The notes: generated by a model from the sequence alone, not told the origin. Counted from the first letter of the stretch, positions 26,951 through 36,891 are shown. The stretch is 64,000 nucleotides of DNA from Candidatus Zixiibacteriota bacterium (GCA_050117845.1 JASFLY010000002.1:160001-224000); one strand, 5' to 3'. Made by a program: numbers and translations.

Positions 26951-28405
26951 ATGGCCAGGGTCACGTTAATAGTAAGCTGGATTTTGTTAATCGCGTCGGC
27001 GGCCGCCACGGCGGCGGAAGCGGAGACGGAGATGACGCAAGGCCGCTACTGGTATTTCATAGATAATATCCAGTACGAGGCCGAGGACGGCGAGTTCCGC
27101 CTCTGGGCCGCGCTGCCCGTGGACCACCCGGGCCAGGAGGTCGAAATCGGCGACATCTACCCGGAGCCGTACGCCGTAACGACCGACGAGCTGACGGGGA
27201 CCACCGTCGTCTTCTGGCGGCTGACGGACCTTCCCGCCGGCGGCTCGTTCTATTGCTATTACGACTTCGAGTTCGCCCCGGAGGAGGTGCGGCTGGGGGA
27301 CATCGACCCGGCGACGCTCGAGCCGTACGACGTGGAGTCGGAGGAATATAAGCGGTTCACGAAGAGCGAGCCCTGGATCGAGGTCAACGACGACATCCGC
27401 GCCAAGGCCCGGGAGATAGTCGGCGACGAAAAGAACCCGCTCCTCCGCGCCCGCCTCATCTACGACTGGGTCCTCGATAATATGGCCTACGAGTACCCCG
27501 CACCCAACAACCGCGGCGCCGCGAAGTCCTTCGCGCGGCTCAAGGGGGACTGCGGCGAGTTCAGCACGGTCTTCTGCGCGCTGTGCCGGGCGCTAGGGAT
27601 ACCGGCGCGCAACGTCGTGTGCGTCTGGTTCACCGAGGCCGGCCACGCCTGGGCGGAGATACTCCTGCCGCCGTACGGATGGGTGCCGGTGGATACGTCC
27701 GTGGGCCAGGCCCTGGCGGGAACGTCGGCCGCCTTCCCGGGCGACGAAGTCTTTATGAAGTTCATGGATTCGAGGGGCATCCCGGACGCGGACCGGTACT
27801 ACACCTTCGGCAACCTCTACCCCAATCGCCTGATAGTGTTCGTGGGTAATAATATAGAGTTGAAGTACCCGGATCTCGGCGTCGAGAAGACTTTCAAATT
27901 CTTGCAGCCGGGCGGCCTTATGGCCATGCCGCCGGCGGCCGAGGCCGTGGGCCTGTCGGACAAGACGATCCACGCCGGCTTCTATATCTTCGGCGACGAT
28001 TGCCGGGACGTCGAGGCGGCGCGGGACCGGGCCGACCGCGAGCTGGCCATGCTCTACGTCATGACCGAGCAGTACGAGAAGGCCGAGGGCGCGCTCCTCA
28101 AGAAGCTGGAGGGCAGGCCGGACGACGCGTTGGTTCTGCTCAACCTGGGCCAGACCTACGTCGCGCTCGGCAAAACGGAAGAGGCCGTGGCCGCGTTGGA
28201 AAAATGCCTCGTCGGCAAAGGCGGCAGCATCAAACCCGTGCTGGACGTCTGGGCGCACAACTTCCTGGGCGTATGTTACGAGGAGCAGGGGGACGCGGAG
28301 GCCGCCCGGGCCGAGTTCCAGCTCGTCCTCGACAGCGAGATAGACTTCCAGGGCTCCCTGGACTTCGCAAAGGAGCACGTGAAGGAGTTGGAGAGCGGGG
28401 AGTAG
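26951..28405 (+). CDS. Secreted transglutaminase-like protein with C-terminal TPRs
   Basis: AAGGAGG RBS, signal peptide, Cys-His-Asp triad motifs GDCGEF / HAWAE / WVPVD, TPRs. Confidence 0.88.
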   Translation: MARVTLIVSWILLIASAAATAAEAETEMTQGRYWYFIDNIQYEAEDGEFRLWAALPVDHPGQEVEIGDIYPEPYAVTTDELTGTTVVFWRLTDLPAGGSFYCYYDFEFAPEEVRLGDIDPATLEPYDVESEEYKRFTKSEPWIEVNDDIRAKAREIVGDEKNPLLRARLIYDWVLDNMAYEYPAPNNRGAAKSFARLKGDCGEFSTVFCALCRALGIPARNVVCVWFTEAGHAWAEILLPPYGWVPVDTSVGQALAGTSAAFPGDEVFMKFMDSRGIPDADRYYTFGNLYPNRLIVFVGNNIELKYPDLGVEKTFKFLQPGGLMAMPPAAEAVGLSDKTIHAGFYIFGDDCRDVEAARDRADRELAMLYVMTEQYEKAEGALLKKLEGRPDDALVLLNLGQTYVALGKTEEAVAALEKCLVGKGGSIKPVLDVWAHNFLGVCYEEQGDAEAARAEFQLVLDSEIDFQGSLDFAKEHVKELESGE

Positions 28406-28451
28406 AGCGAAAAACGCCGGAAAAAGCGGCTCGGCGCGGGGAACGCCCTAT

Positions 28452-28480
28452 TTGACTATCCCCCGCCGAGCCGTTATAAT
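28452..28480 (+). promoter_or_regulatory. Sigma70-type promoter
   Basis: TTGACT-17bp-TATAAT. Confidence 0.75.
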
Positions 28481-28513
28481 TGTATTCGAAGCGACCAACT
28501 ATCGGAGGAGAGT

Positions 28514-30160
28514 ATGGACCTTAAAAAGGTAATCGCGGCCGCCCTGGTGCTCAAGGCGGCGTTTGTTTTTGCCGGCGAGTGGACCATAGAGATCCCGGAC
28601 GGCACCGGCGACGCCGGTTGGTGCATATCGTTGGTCCTCGGCGAAGGCGACAAGCCCCACATATCGTACAACTACGGCTTCGTCGGCGGCGATGATCTTA
28701 TGTACGCGTACAAGGAGGGCGGGACGTGGCACACGGAGGTCGCCGACGACGCGGCCGCTTACTCGGGTCGAGATACGTCGATCTGCGTGGACGCAAACGG
28801 CCGGCCTCGTATAGCGGTGGCTTTACAATCCGGTAGCCCGGGCATACGTTTCGCCGAGAAAAACGGGTCCCAGTGGAATACGACTACGGTGGATTCCGGC
28901 GTGAAGGTGAGGCGCGTGGCGCTGGTAACGGATTCGAACGGCCGGTACCATATCCTGTACGACGACCGGGATACATTCCACCTCAAATACGCGTATTACG
29001 ACGGCTCGTCGTGGAACGTAACCACCGTGGACACGACGCCGACCGGGTGGATCTCGGCCGTCGACGTGGCCATCGACGCCGCCGACCACCTCCACGTCAT
29101 ATACGACGTGGACGGGGACGTTAAATACGGATACTACGACGGCGCGTCGTGGCAACTCGCCTTTATCGAAAACAGTATTTTATGCGGCAGCTTATCGATA
29201 GCCGTCGGGCCGGACGATAAACCCCACGCCGTCTACTACGAAGAAAACGCCGATTACGTAAAATACGCCTACTACGATTCCGGCCAATGGAATATAGAGA
29301 ACGTCGTCAGCCAAATCCCGGACGCCGCGCCCGCCGTCGCCATCGCGGTCGATGCGGGCGGCGAAGCCCATATCGCTTACGCCAAATGGAACAGCATATC
29401 CGATAAGGACCTCATATACGCCCACCGGGACAACGGTACGTGGCAGTTTACGACCGTCGACGACGAGGGCGACCTGGGCCTGTCGCTCGACATCGCCCTC
29501 GACCATTGGGGTTTCCCCCACGTCGCGTACCACCGCTGCACCGGTTCGTTGGGCGAGCTCAAATACGCCTGGTACTACGACGACAACGCCATCGAGCTGG
29601 CCGGCTTCACGGCCTCGGGCGCGAGCGAGAGCGCTATAGACCTCTCCTGGCGGGCCCGGGCCACCGCGGGCGAGAGAATCGCGGGCTTCGACCTGTACCG
29701 GCGCCGGGCCGGCGCGGCGGGCGTGAGCAGCGATTCATGGACCAAGGTGAACTCCTCGCTCATCGTCGGCGAGAACCCGTACTCGTATCGGGACGCGGCC
29801 CTCGAGGCCGCCACCGGGTACGAATACCGCCTCGAAGCGATAGTCGCGAACGAGGCCGAGGCGCTCGGGACGGCCTCCGGGGCCACCCTCGGCGCGGCGA
29901 GGCCCTTCGCGCTCCGGGCCGCCTATCCCAACCCGACGACGGGCGCCGTGACGTTCTCGTTCGCGCTGGCCGGGGCGACCGACGCCGAACTGGCCGTCTT
30001 CGATCTCGCCGGCCGCCGCGTGGCCACGCCGCTGTGCGGGCCGCTCGCCGCGGGCGACCACGACGTAAGCACGGCCCTCGACCTCGCGCCGGGCGTTTAC
30101 CTGTACCGCCTGGAGGCCGCGGGTTTCTCGGCGACGCGCCGCCTGGCCGTCGTCGAGTAG
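28514..30160 (+). CDS. Secreted beta-repeat protein with T9SS-type-A-like C-terminal domain
   Basis: Repeated PHI.Y...LKYAY.DG..W...VD units; C-terminal YPNP...FDLAGRRV...PGVYLYRL. Confidence 0.82.
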   Translation: MDLKKVIAAALVLKAAFVFAGEWTIEIPDGTGDAGWCISLVLGEGDKPHISYNYGFVGGDDLMYAYKEGGTWHTEVADDAAAYSGRDTSICVDANGRPRIAVALQSGSPGIRFAEKNGSQWNTTTVDSGVKVRRVALVTDSNGRYHILYDDRDTFHLKYAYYDGSSWNVTTVDTTPTGWISAVDVAIDAADHLHVIYDVDGDVKYGYYDGASWQLAFIENSILCGSLSIAVGPDDKPHAVYYEENADYVKYAYYDSGQWNIENVVSQIPDAAPAVAIAVDAGGEAHIAYAKWNSISDKDLIYAHRDNGTWQFTTVDDEGDLGLSLDIALDHWGFPHVAYHRCTGSLGELKYAWYYDDNAIELAGFTASGASESAIDLSWRARATAGERIAGFDLYRRRAGAAGVSSDSWTKVNSSLIVGENPYSYRDAALEAATGYEYRLEAIVANEAEALGTASGATLGAARPFALRAAYPNPTTGAVTFSFALAGATDAELAVFDLAGRRVATPLCGPLAAGDHDVSTALDLAPGVYLYRLEAAGFSATRRLAVVE

Positions 30161-30183
30161 GGTCATGATTTAGGAAAATGTTG

Positions 30184-30208
30184 AGGCGGCCCGAAGGCCG
30201 CCTTTTTT
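30184..30208 (+). terminator. Intrinsic terminator
   Basis: AGGCGGCC-CGAA-GGCCGCCT-TTTTT. Confidence 0.85.
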
Positions 30209-30279
30209 ATGCTTGCCCGACGGGCCGGCATATTATATTTTTATACCCTTTCAGCTATCCCGTAACAGAGGAGTAATAT

Positions 30280-32265
30280 ATGGCCCCCACCCACGGTTCC
30301 GTCGCTCTGCAGGTGCTCGCCGGCCTATTGGTCGCGGCCGCCTTCGTCCTCTTCGGATGGGCGTGTTTGAAACGTTTCCTAATGCTCCGGGCCGGCCGGC
30401 CGGAGAACCGCTTCGACCAGCTCGGCCGCCGCTTCGGCGATTTCGTGGGGCTCGTCTTCGGCCAGCGCCTGGTCCTCCGCGAACGCCTTCCGGGCACGGC
30501 GCACGTCCTCATCTTCTGGGGCTTTTTGGTCGTGGCCGCGGCCAACCTGGTCTTCATGATCGAGGGCTTCTGGGAAGGTTTCCGCATACCGTACGTGACG
30601 GACGCCGGATGGTATCACTTCATTTTCGACGTCTTCGTCGTTCTCGTCATCGTCGGCGTGGCGGTGGCGTTCCTGCGGCGCGTCATCCTCCGGCCGACGG
30701 GGCCCACGGGCGGCTTCGGCGCCTACTTCATCCTCTTTTTAATATTCATACTCATGTTCACGGACCTCGTTATCGAGGGTTACCTGCTGGGTACCGCCGG
30801 CGTCAGGCCGGCGTCGATGCCGGCGGGTTCGCTCTCGGCCGCGCTCTTCGCGGGGCTGGGCCTCATAGGGCCCAAATGGTTCGGCCTCTACGCCGTAAGC
30901 TGGTGGGTGCACCTGGTCGCGCTGCTCGTCTTTTTGGTCTACATCCCGATGTCGAAGCACCTCCACCTCCTGGCCGGCCCCTTCAACGAGTTCTTCCGGG
31001 ACCTGAAACCCCGCGGCGTCGTCCGCGACTGCGACGTGGAGGACGAGGACGCCGACCACTTCGGCGTCGTGCGCGCGGACGAATTCACCTGGCGCCAGTT
31101 GCTCGACCTCTACGCCTGCGTCGAGTGCGGCCGTTGTCAGGACAACTGCCCGGCCTTCAATACCGACAAACCCCTCTCGCCCAAAAAGGTCATCACGGAC
31201 CTCAAGCACGACTTCATGCACTACGGCCTGAAAATCGCGAAGCTGGCCCGGGCGCCAGTCGAGAAGGAAGAGGGCGTGGGCCTGGCGGGCCCCGTGGTCA
31301 ACGACGACGAACTCTGGGCCTGCACCACCTGCATGGCCTGCGTCGAGCACTGCCCCATCAACGTGGAGCACGTCGACAAGATAGTCGACCTGCGCCGGGA
31401 CCTCGTTCTCAACGAGGGCCGGGTCCCCCACGAACTCAACGCCGCCATGAACGGCGTCGAGCGCAACAACAACCCCTACGGCCTGCCCTCCGCCGACAGG
31501 ATGAAGTGGGCCAACGGCATGGGCGTTCCCGTCTTCGCCAAAGGGGCCGAGGCCGAGTACTGCTTCTGGGTATCGTGCCTGGGGTCCTACGACGACCGCG
31601 GCCAGCGCGTCGCCCGGGCCATGGTGAAACTCTTGGACGCGGCCGGCGTCTCCTACGCCGTCCTGGGGGAGGAGGAGGGCTGCTGCGCCGAGGCGTTCCG
31701 GCGGCTGGGCCACGAGTACCTGTATAAAATGAAGCTGGACGAGAACGCCGCGGCCTTCGAGCAGTACGGCATCAAGAAGCTAATAACGGCGTGCCCCCAC
31801 TGCTACAACACCTTCAAGCACGAATACGCGTCCCTCGGCCACGAGCTGGAGGTTTACCATCATACGGAATTCCTGAAGGGCCTGGTCGACGACGGCAAAC
31901 TCGAAATAACCGGCGACCCGGCCGGGGCCGTGGCCTATCACGACTCCTGCTATTTGGGCCGCTACAACGGCCTGTACGACGCGCCGCGGGAACTCGTGCG
32001 AGCGGCGGGCGGCGAGCCGGTGGAGTTCGAGCGCAACCGAAGTCGGGCGTTCTGCTGCGGCGCCGGCGGCGGCCGGATGTGGCTGGAGGAGACGATCGGG
32101 AAGCGTATCAACGTAGAGCGGGCGGAGCAGGCCCTGGCGACGGGCGCCTCCACGGTAGCGGTGGCGTGCGCCTACTGCCTTACGATGCTCGACGACGGCG
32201 TAAAAGACCTTAACGCCGGCGTCCCGGTACAGGACGTGGCGGAGTTACTCGCGAAGCGTCTTTAA
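30280..32265 (+). CDS. Membrane Fe-S oxidoreductase (FadF / HdrD-like, CCG domains)
   Basis: N-terminal TM helices with SKHLH, two ferredoxin motifs CVECGRCQDNCP and CTTCMACVEHCP, ACPHC, YHDSCYLGR, CCGAGGG. Confidence 0.9.
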   Translation: MAPTHGSVALQVLAGLLVAAAFVLFGWACLKRFLMLRAGRPENRFDQLGRRFGDFVGLVFGQRLVLRERLPGTAHVLIFWGFLVVAAANLVFMIEGFWEGFRIPYVTDAGWYHFIFDVFVVLVIVGVAVAFLRRVILRPTGPTGGFGAYFILFLIFILMFTDLVIEGYLLGTAGVRPASMPAGSLSAALFAGLGLIGPKWFGLYAVSWWVHLVALLVFLVYIPMSKHLHLLAGPFNEFFRDLKPRGVVRDCDVEDEDADHFGVVRADEFTWRQLLDLYACVECGRCQDNCPAFNTDKPLSPKKVITDLKHDFMHYGLKIAKLARAPVEKEEGVGLAGPVVNDDELWACTTCMACVEHCPINVEHVDKIVDLRRDLVLNEGRVPHELNAAMNGVERNNNPYGLPSADRMKWANGMGVPVFAKGAEAEYCFWVSCLGSYDDRGQRVARAMVKLLDAAGVSYAVLGEEEGCCAEAFRRLGHEYLYKMKLDENAAAFEQYGIKKLITACPHCYNTFKHEYASLGHELEVYHHTEFLKGLVDDGKLEITGDPAGAVAYHDSCYLGRYNGLYDAPRELVRAAGGEPVEFERNRSRAFCCGAGGGRMWLEETIGKRINVERAEQALATGASTVAVACAYCLTMLDDGVKDLNAGVPVQDVAELLAKRL

Positions 32266-32311
32266 ACTGCATAGGTTTAAACCGGCGGCATTCAACGTCG
32301 CGACCTGATAT

Positions 32312-32612
32312 CGCCGACTGAAGTCGGCGGCTTACGCAGAGCGGGTCAAGCACCGCCCCATAAATGGGGCGGTTTAACCTCAAGGCTTACGCAGAGCGGG
32401 TCAGGCACCGCCCCATAAATGGAGCGGTTTAACCTCAAGGCTTACGCAGGGCGGGTCAGGTACCACCCCATGAATGGGGCGGTTTAACCTCAAGGCTTAC
32501 GCAGAGCGGGTCAGGCACCGCCCCATAAATGGGGCGGTATCGGGAGGCATACCGGCCGCTTCAGCGGCCGGTGGTAATCCGCATTGCGTTAACCGCCGGC
32601 CTCGGCCGGCGG
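32312..32612. repeat. Left REP/BIME-like palindromic array
   Basis: CGCCGACTGAAGTCGGCG hairpin, then 55-bp units at 32329, 32384, 32439 and 32494 with ACCGCCCCAT-AA-ATGGGGCGGT palindrome (point variants in some units), plus two further hairpins. Confidence 0.92.
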
Positions 32613-32635
32613 CGTACGGCGTATAGGGAGGATAA

Positions 32636-33082
32636 ATGGCTTTAATACACGTAGCCGCCGACATAGCGACCCTCGTAAAGGAACAGAAATCCGAGACGGC
32701 GGCGTATATCCTGAATTACCATATCACATTTCGAACTAAACGTAACCGGCGTTTATTAAAGGGAGATATTGCCTCGGAATGCCGGGAGGTTATTAGAAGC
32801 GTGGCCGACCGTAATAATTATAAAATACTAGCCGCCGCGATTATGCCCGACCACGTACATTTGGTAATCGCCCTTACCCCCTCGGACCGGGTGAGCGAGG
32901 CGGTCCGAAATATAAAGGGGAACACGGCCAAATCCCTCCGGGATAAATATCCAAACCTCCGGAATATTGACAGAAGCCTATGGAGCGAGGGTTACTATGT
33001 CGAGAGCGTGGGACTGAAGAACGTCAAACAGGTCCTCAATTACGTATCACGGCAGGACGAACACCACGAATACGCCGACTGA
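32636..33082 (+). mobile_element. tnpA: IS200-like Y1 (HUH) transposase, REP-associated (RAYT-like), no tnpB
   Basis: GGGAGG RBS; YHITFRTK, MPDHVH (HUH), IKG.TA, LWSEGYYVESVG, NYVSRQ.EHH (catalytic Tyr). Confidence 0.9.
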
Positions 33083-33407
33083 AGTCGGCGGCTTACGCAG
33101 AGCGGGTCAGGCACCGCCCCATAAATGGGGCGGTATCGGGAGGTATACCGGCCGCTTCAGCGGCCGGTGGTAATCCGCATTGCGTTAACCGCCGGCCTCG
33201 GCCGGCGGAGTTGAACCCCGGTTTTTATACCGCCGACTGAAGTCGGCGGCTAACGCAGAGCGAGTGAGGCACCGCCCCATAAATGGGGCGGTTTAACCCC
33301 GAGGCTTACGCCGAGCGAGTCAGGCACCGCCCCATAAATGGGGCGGTTTAACCTCAAGGCTTACGCAGACCGGGTCAGGCGCCGGCCGTTAAAAGGGGCG
33401 GTTTAAT
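33073..33407. repeat. Right REP/BIME-like palindromic array
   Basis: Hairpins at 33073 and 33231; units at 33090, 33248, 33303 and a degenerate one at 33358; 33090-33208 repeats 32494-32612 with one mismatch. Confidence 0.92.
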
Positions 33408-33429
33408 TCCGGTGGACGTGATTGCCCCC

Positions 33430-33460
33430 TTGACGCCGCGGCGCCGGTATGGTATATATT
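33430..33460 (+). promoter_or_regulatory. Promoter P1 upstream of the ileS leader
   Basis: TTGACG at 33430, TGG-TATATATT at 33450-33460. Confidence 0.55.
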
Positions 33461-33483
33461 TAACCAAGAAAAGGCGCGAAATT

Positions 33484-33561
33484 ATGAATTACCACCCGTT
33501 TGCCGGCATTATTATAATAATTATCGACCGTTCCCGGTCGGGCCGGCCCGGTGCGCCTTAA
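33484..33561 (+). CDS. ileS attenuator leader peptide MNYHPFAGIIIIIIDRSRSGRPGAP
   Basis: 25-aa ORF with six consecutive Ile codons (33508-33525) upstream of ileS; absent from the ORF track. Confidence 0.85.
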   Translation: MNYHPFAGIIIIIIDRSRSGRPGAP

Positions 33562-33586
33562 CGCAGATAAGGACACAGAAACTACC

Positions 33587-33612
33587 AGCCGGCCCCCGGG
33601 GCCGGCTTTTTT
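33587..33612 (+). terminator. Attenuator terminator of the ileS leader
   Basis: AGCCGGCCC-CCG-GGGCCGGCT-TTTTT; its 5' arm is also complementary to GGGCCGGC at 33540-33547. Confidence 0.88.
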
Positions 33613-33648
33613 ATTGGGGTTTCCAAGCCCCGCGGCCGGAATTTTAGC

Positions 33649-33677
33649 TTGACTTAAACGGTACGCTCTAGTACAAT
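33649..33677 (+). promoter_or_regulatory. Promoter P2 between attenuator and ileS
   Basis: TTGACT-17bp-TACAAT. Confidence 0.65.
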
Positions 33678-33713
33678 TCGCGGCTCGATGCCGCCCCACC
33701 CGGAGACGCTGCC

Positions 33714-36479
33714 ATGACGGACTACAAAGACACCCTCAACCTCCCGCAGACCGCCTTCCCGATGAAGGCCAACCTCGCCCGCCGGGAACCGGAGATCCTC
33801 GCCCGTTGGGACGAAATGGACATCTACGGCCGCATCCGGGAGGCCCGGAAGGGCCGCGACGTCTACATCCTGCACGACGGCCCCCCCTACGCCAACGGCC
33901 TTATCCACATGGGCACGGCGTTGAATAAAATCCTCAAGGATATCGTCGTCAAGGCCAAGACGATGGCCGGCTTCGACGCGCCGTACGTCCCGGGTTGGGA
34001 CTGCCACGGCCAGCCCATCGAACACGAGGTCATGAAGGAGATCCGGGCGAAGAAAGAGGAGGTCCCGCCGGCGGAAGTGCGGGCCCGTTGCCGCGCGTAC
34101 GCCGAGAAGTTCGTCGGCCTCCAACGGCCGGACTTCGAGCGGTTGGCCGTCTTCGGCACCTGGGACCATCCCTACCTCACGATGCAATCCCACTACGAGG
34201 CGGCGGTAATCGGCGCCTTCCGGGCGATGGCCCGCGACGGCCGAGTCTACCGGGGCCTCAAGCCGGTCCACTGGTGCCACTGGTGCGAGACGGCGCTGGC
34301 CGAGGCCGAACTGGAATACAAGGACGTAACGTCGCCCACGGTGACGGTGCGCTTCGAGGTCGTCGAGGGCCTGGACGAACTCCGCGCCCAGGCGCCCACC
34401 TACCTCGCCATCTGGACGACGACCCCCTGGACCCTCCCGTCCAACGTGGCCTGCGCCGTGGCCCCCGGCTTCGACTACGCCGCGGTGCGCGCGAGAGACG
34501 CCATCTACGTTCTGGCCGAGTACCTGGTCCCGGCGGTGATGGCCGCCGCGGGGATAAGCAATTACACGACGGTCAAAACGTTCAAGGGCGAGGACCTGAC
34601 AAACGTTAAATACAAGCACGCCTTTATAGACCGGGTTTCGCCGGTCATCACCACCGACTTCGTGACGCTGGACGCGGGGACGGGCATCGTCCACATCGCG
34701 CCCGGCCACGGCGCCGAGGACTTCTACGCCGGCGGGCAGCACGGCCTGCCCATACTGTCACCGGTGGACGACCAGGGACGCTTCACCGCCGAGGTCCCCG
34801 AGTACGAGGGCACGCTCGTCTTCGACGCCGACGCCCGCATCGTCGAGCGGCTGCGCGAGGGCGGCGCCCTGCTCGCCTCCGAGAACGTGGAGCACTCCTA
34901 CCCCCACTGCTGGCGCTGCAAGAGCCCGCTGCTCTTCCGCGCGACGAAGCAATGGTTCGTCTCCATGGACGCGCACGACCTCCGCGGCGCCGCGCTGGCC
35001 GAAATAGACGAGGTGGAATGGGTGCCGCGTTGGGGCCGCCAGCGTATCGTCGGCATGGTGGAGAGCCGGCCCGACTGGTGCATCAGCCGCCAGCGGAGCT
35101 GGGGCGTTCCCATCCCGGCGCTCTACTGCCGCGACTGCGGCGAGATGCACCTGAGCGACGACTTCCTGGGCCGCGTCGAGGAAATGGTCCTAAAGGACGG
35201 CATCGAGGCCTACTGGCAGGCGAGCCCGGAAGACCTCGCCGGCGGCGCGGCGTGCGAGTGCGGCGGCAAGGACTGGAAGAAATCCGAGGACATTCTGGAC
35301 GTCTGGTTCGAGAGCGGCGCCAGCCACCTCGCCGTACTCAACGAGTGCTACGGCCTCCGCTGGCCCGCGGACCTCTACCTCGAGGGTTCGGACCAGCACC
35401 GCGGCTGGTTCCAGTTGTCGCTCATGGTGGCGCTGTGCACGGCCGGCTCGTCCCCCTATAAATCCGTCATCACCCACGGCTTCATGCTCGACACCGCCGG
35501 CAAGGCCATGCACAAGTCCGCCGGCAACGTCATCCCGCCGCAGGACGTGGTGGAGAAGTACGGCGCCGACGTGCTGCGGCTGTGGGTGGCGTCGGAGGAC
35601 TACCGCACCGACATCCGCCTGTCGTACGAGCTGTTGGGCCAGGTGGCCGAGAGTTACCGGCGCATCCGCAACACCGCCCGTTTCCTCTTGGGCAACCTTT
35701 ACGACTTCGACCCGAAGGCCGACGCCCTGCAGCTCGAGGAATGGCTGGAACTCGACCGTTTCGCCTACCAGCGCTTCAACCGCCTCGCGGAGAAGGTATA
35801 TCGGGCGTACGAGAACTTCGAGTTCCACGTCATATATCACGCCGTACACAACTTCTGCGCCGTTGACCTCTCGGCGTTCTATCTAGACGTGGTCAAGGAC
35901 CGGCTCTATTGCGAAACGCCGAACGACCCCGCCCGGCGCGCCGCCCAAAGTTGCCTGTACCTTATGGCCCGGGGCCTGGCCAAACTCCTCGCGCCGGTCA
36001 TCCCGATGACCGCCGAGGAAATCTGGCAGCACCTCCCGGCGGAGGACGGCGAACCCGAAAGCGTCCACCTCGCCGAGTGGGACGAGGTGGAAGTGAACGG
36101 CGAAGAAGAAGCTCTCGAAGGAAAATTCTCCCGGCTCCTCAAGGTCCGGGGATTGGTGTTAAAGGCGCTCGAGGAAGCCCGGGCGGCCGGGGCCATCGGC
36201 CACCCCCTCGAGGCAGTGGTAAAAATAACGACGGAAGGCGATACGTACGACCTTCTCGTCGCCGAGGCCGAAAACCTCCCGACTTACTTCATCACGTCCC
36301 TGGTCTTTGTGGAACGGGGAGAAGTGAGCGGGGAATGGCTCGACGTGGCGGTCGAAAAAGCCGCCGACGCCAAGTGCGGCCGCTGTTGGCAGCGCTTGCC
36401 GTCCGTAGGCGAGGATGCACAGAAGCCGGACCTATGCGCCCGTTGCGGCCGGGTCATGGATGAACTCGCCGCCCGGTGA
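33714..36479 (+). CDS. ileS: Isoleucine--tRNA ligase (type 1)
   Basis: [44 protein letters not shown]-terminal KCGRCW...CARC zinc finger. Confidence 0.98.
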   Translation: MTDYKDTLNLPQTAFPMKANLARREPEILARWDEMDIYGRIREARKGRDVYILHDGPPYANGLIHMGTALNKILKDIVVKAKTMAGFDAPYVPGWDCHGQPIEHEVMKEIRAKKEEVPPAEVRARCRAYAEKFVGLQRPDFERLAVFGTWDHPYLTMQSHYEAAVIGAFRAMARDGRVYRGLKPVHWCHWCETALAEAELEYKDVTSPTVTVRFEVVEGLDELRAQAPTYLAIWTTTPWTLPSNVACAVAPGFDYAAVRARDAIYVLAEYLVPAVMAAAGISNYTTVKTFKGEDLTNVKYKHAFIDRVSPVITTDFVTLDAGTGIVHIAPGHGAEDFYAGGQHGLPILSPVDDQGRFTAEVPEYEGTLVFDADARIVERLREGGALLASENVEHSYPHCWRCKSPLLFRATKQWFVSMDAHDLRGAALAEIDEVEWVPRWGRQRIVGMVESRPDWCISRQRSWGVPIPALYCRDCGEMHLSDDFLGRVEEMVLKDGIEAYWQASPEDLAGGAACECGGKDWKKSEDILDVWFESGASHLAVLNECYGLRWPADLYLEGSDQHRGWFQLSLMVALCTAGSSPYKSVITHGFMLDTAGKAMHKSAGNVIPPQDVVEKYGADVLRLWVASEDYRTDIRLSYELLGQVAESYRRIRNTARFLLGNLYDFDPKADALQLEEWLELDRFAYQRFNRLAEKVYRAYENFEFHVIYHAVHNFCAVDLSAFYLDVVKDRLYCETPNDPARRAAQSCLYLMARGLAKLLAPVIPMTAEEIWQHLPAEDGEPESVHLAEWDEVEVNGEEEALEGKFSRLLKVRGLVLKALEEARAAGAIGHPLEAVVKITTEGDTYDLLVAEAENLPTYFITSLVFVERGEVSGEWLDVAVEKAADAKCGRCWQRLPSVGEDAQKPDLCARCGRVMDELAAR

Positions 36480-36519
36480 CGCGCAAGGTCGGCGTTTCCG
36501 CTCGAAGCCGAGGTAAAAG

Positions 36520-36891
36520 ATGAACAAACGGGAACGCAAGAAGTTCGAGAAAACCCTTCAACAGATGCGCGAAAAAAAGAGCGCCTATATCGACATGCTG
36601 CGGCAGCTCGCCATCTCCCGAACTCAACGCGACGCCAGCGGCGATATATCGGCCTTCACCTCCCACCCGGCGGATATCTCCACCGAATCCGACGAACGGG
36701 AAAAAGTGGCCTCCCTAATCACGCGCGAGACCGAAATCCTGAAGGAAATCGACGCCGCGCTCGAACGGATCGAGGACGGCAGTTACGGGAAATGCGAATC
36801 CTGCGGATGCGACATTACGCCGCCCCGGCTGCAAGCCTTGCCCTTCGCAACCCTGTGTATTGAATGTCAGGCCGAAGCGGAAAAGGGTTAA
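36520..36891 (+). CDS. dksA: TraR/DksA-family C4 zinc-finger protein
   Basis: HPAD tip, IDAALERI..G.YGKCESCG, RL.ALP.A.LCIECQ. Confidence 0.88.
   Translation: MNKRERKKFEKTLQQMREKKSAYIDMLRQLAISRTQRDASGDISAFTSHPADISTESDEREKVASLITRETEILKEIDAALERIEDGSYGKCESCGCDITPPRLQALPFATLCIECQAEAEKG

Noticed and set aside
32329..33407. CRISPR array
   Set aside because: Units are near-identical over their full 55 bp with no unique spacers, and no cas genes are present in the window
33430..33713. T-box riboswitch for ileS
   Set aside because: No GGTGG.ACC T-box bulge or Stem I; the Ile-rich leader peptide explains the structure
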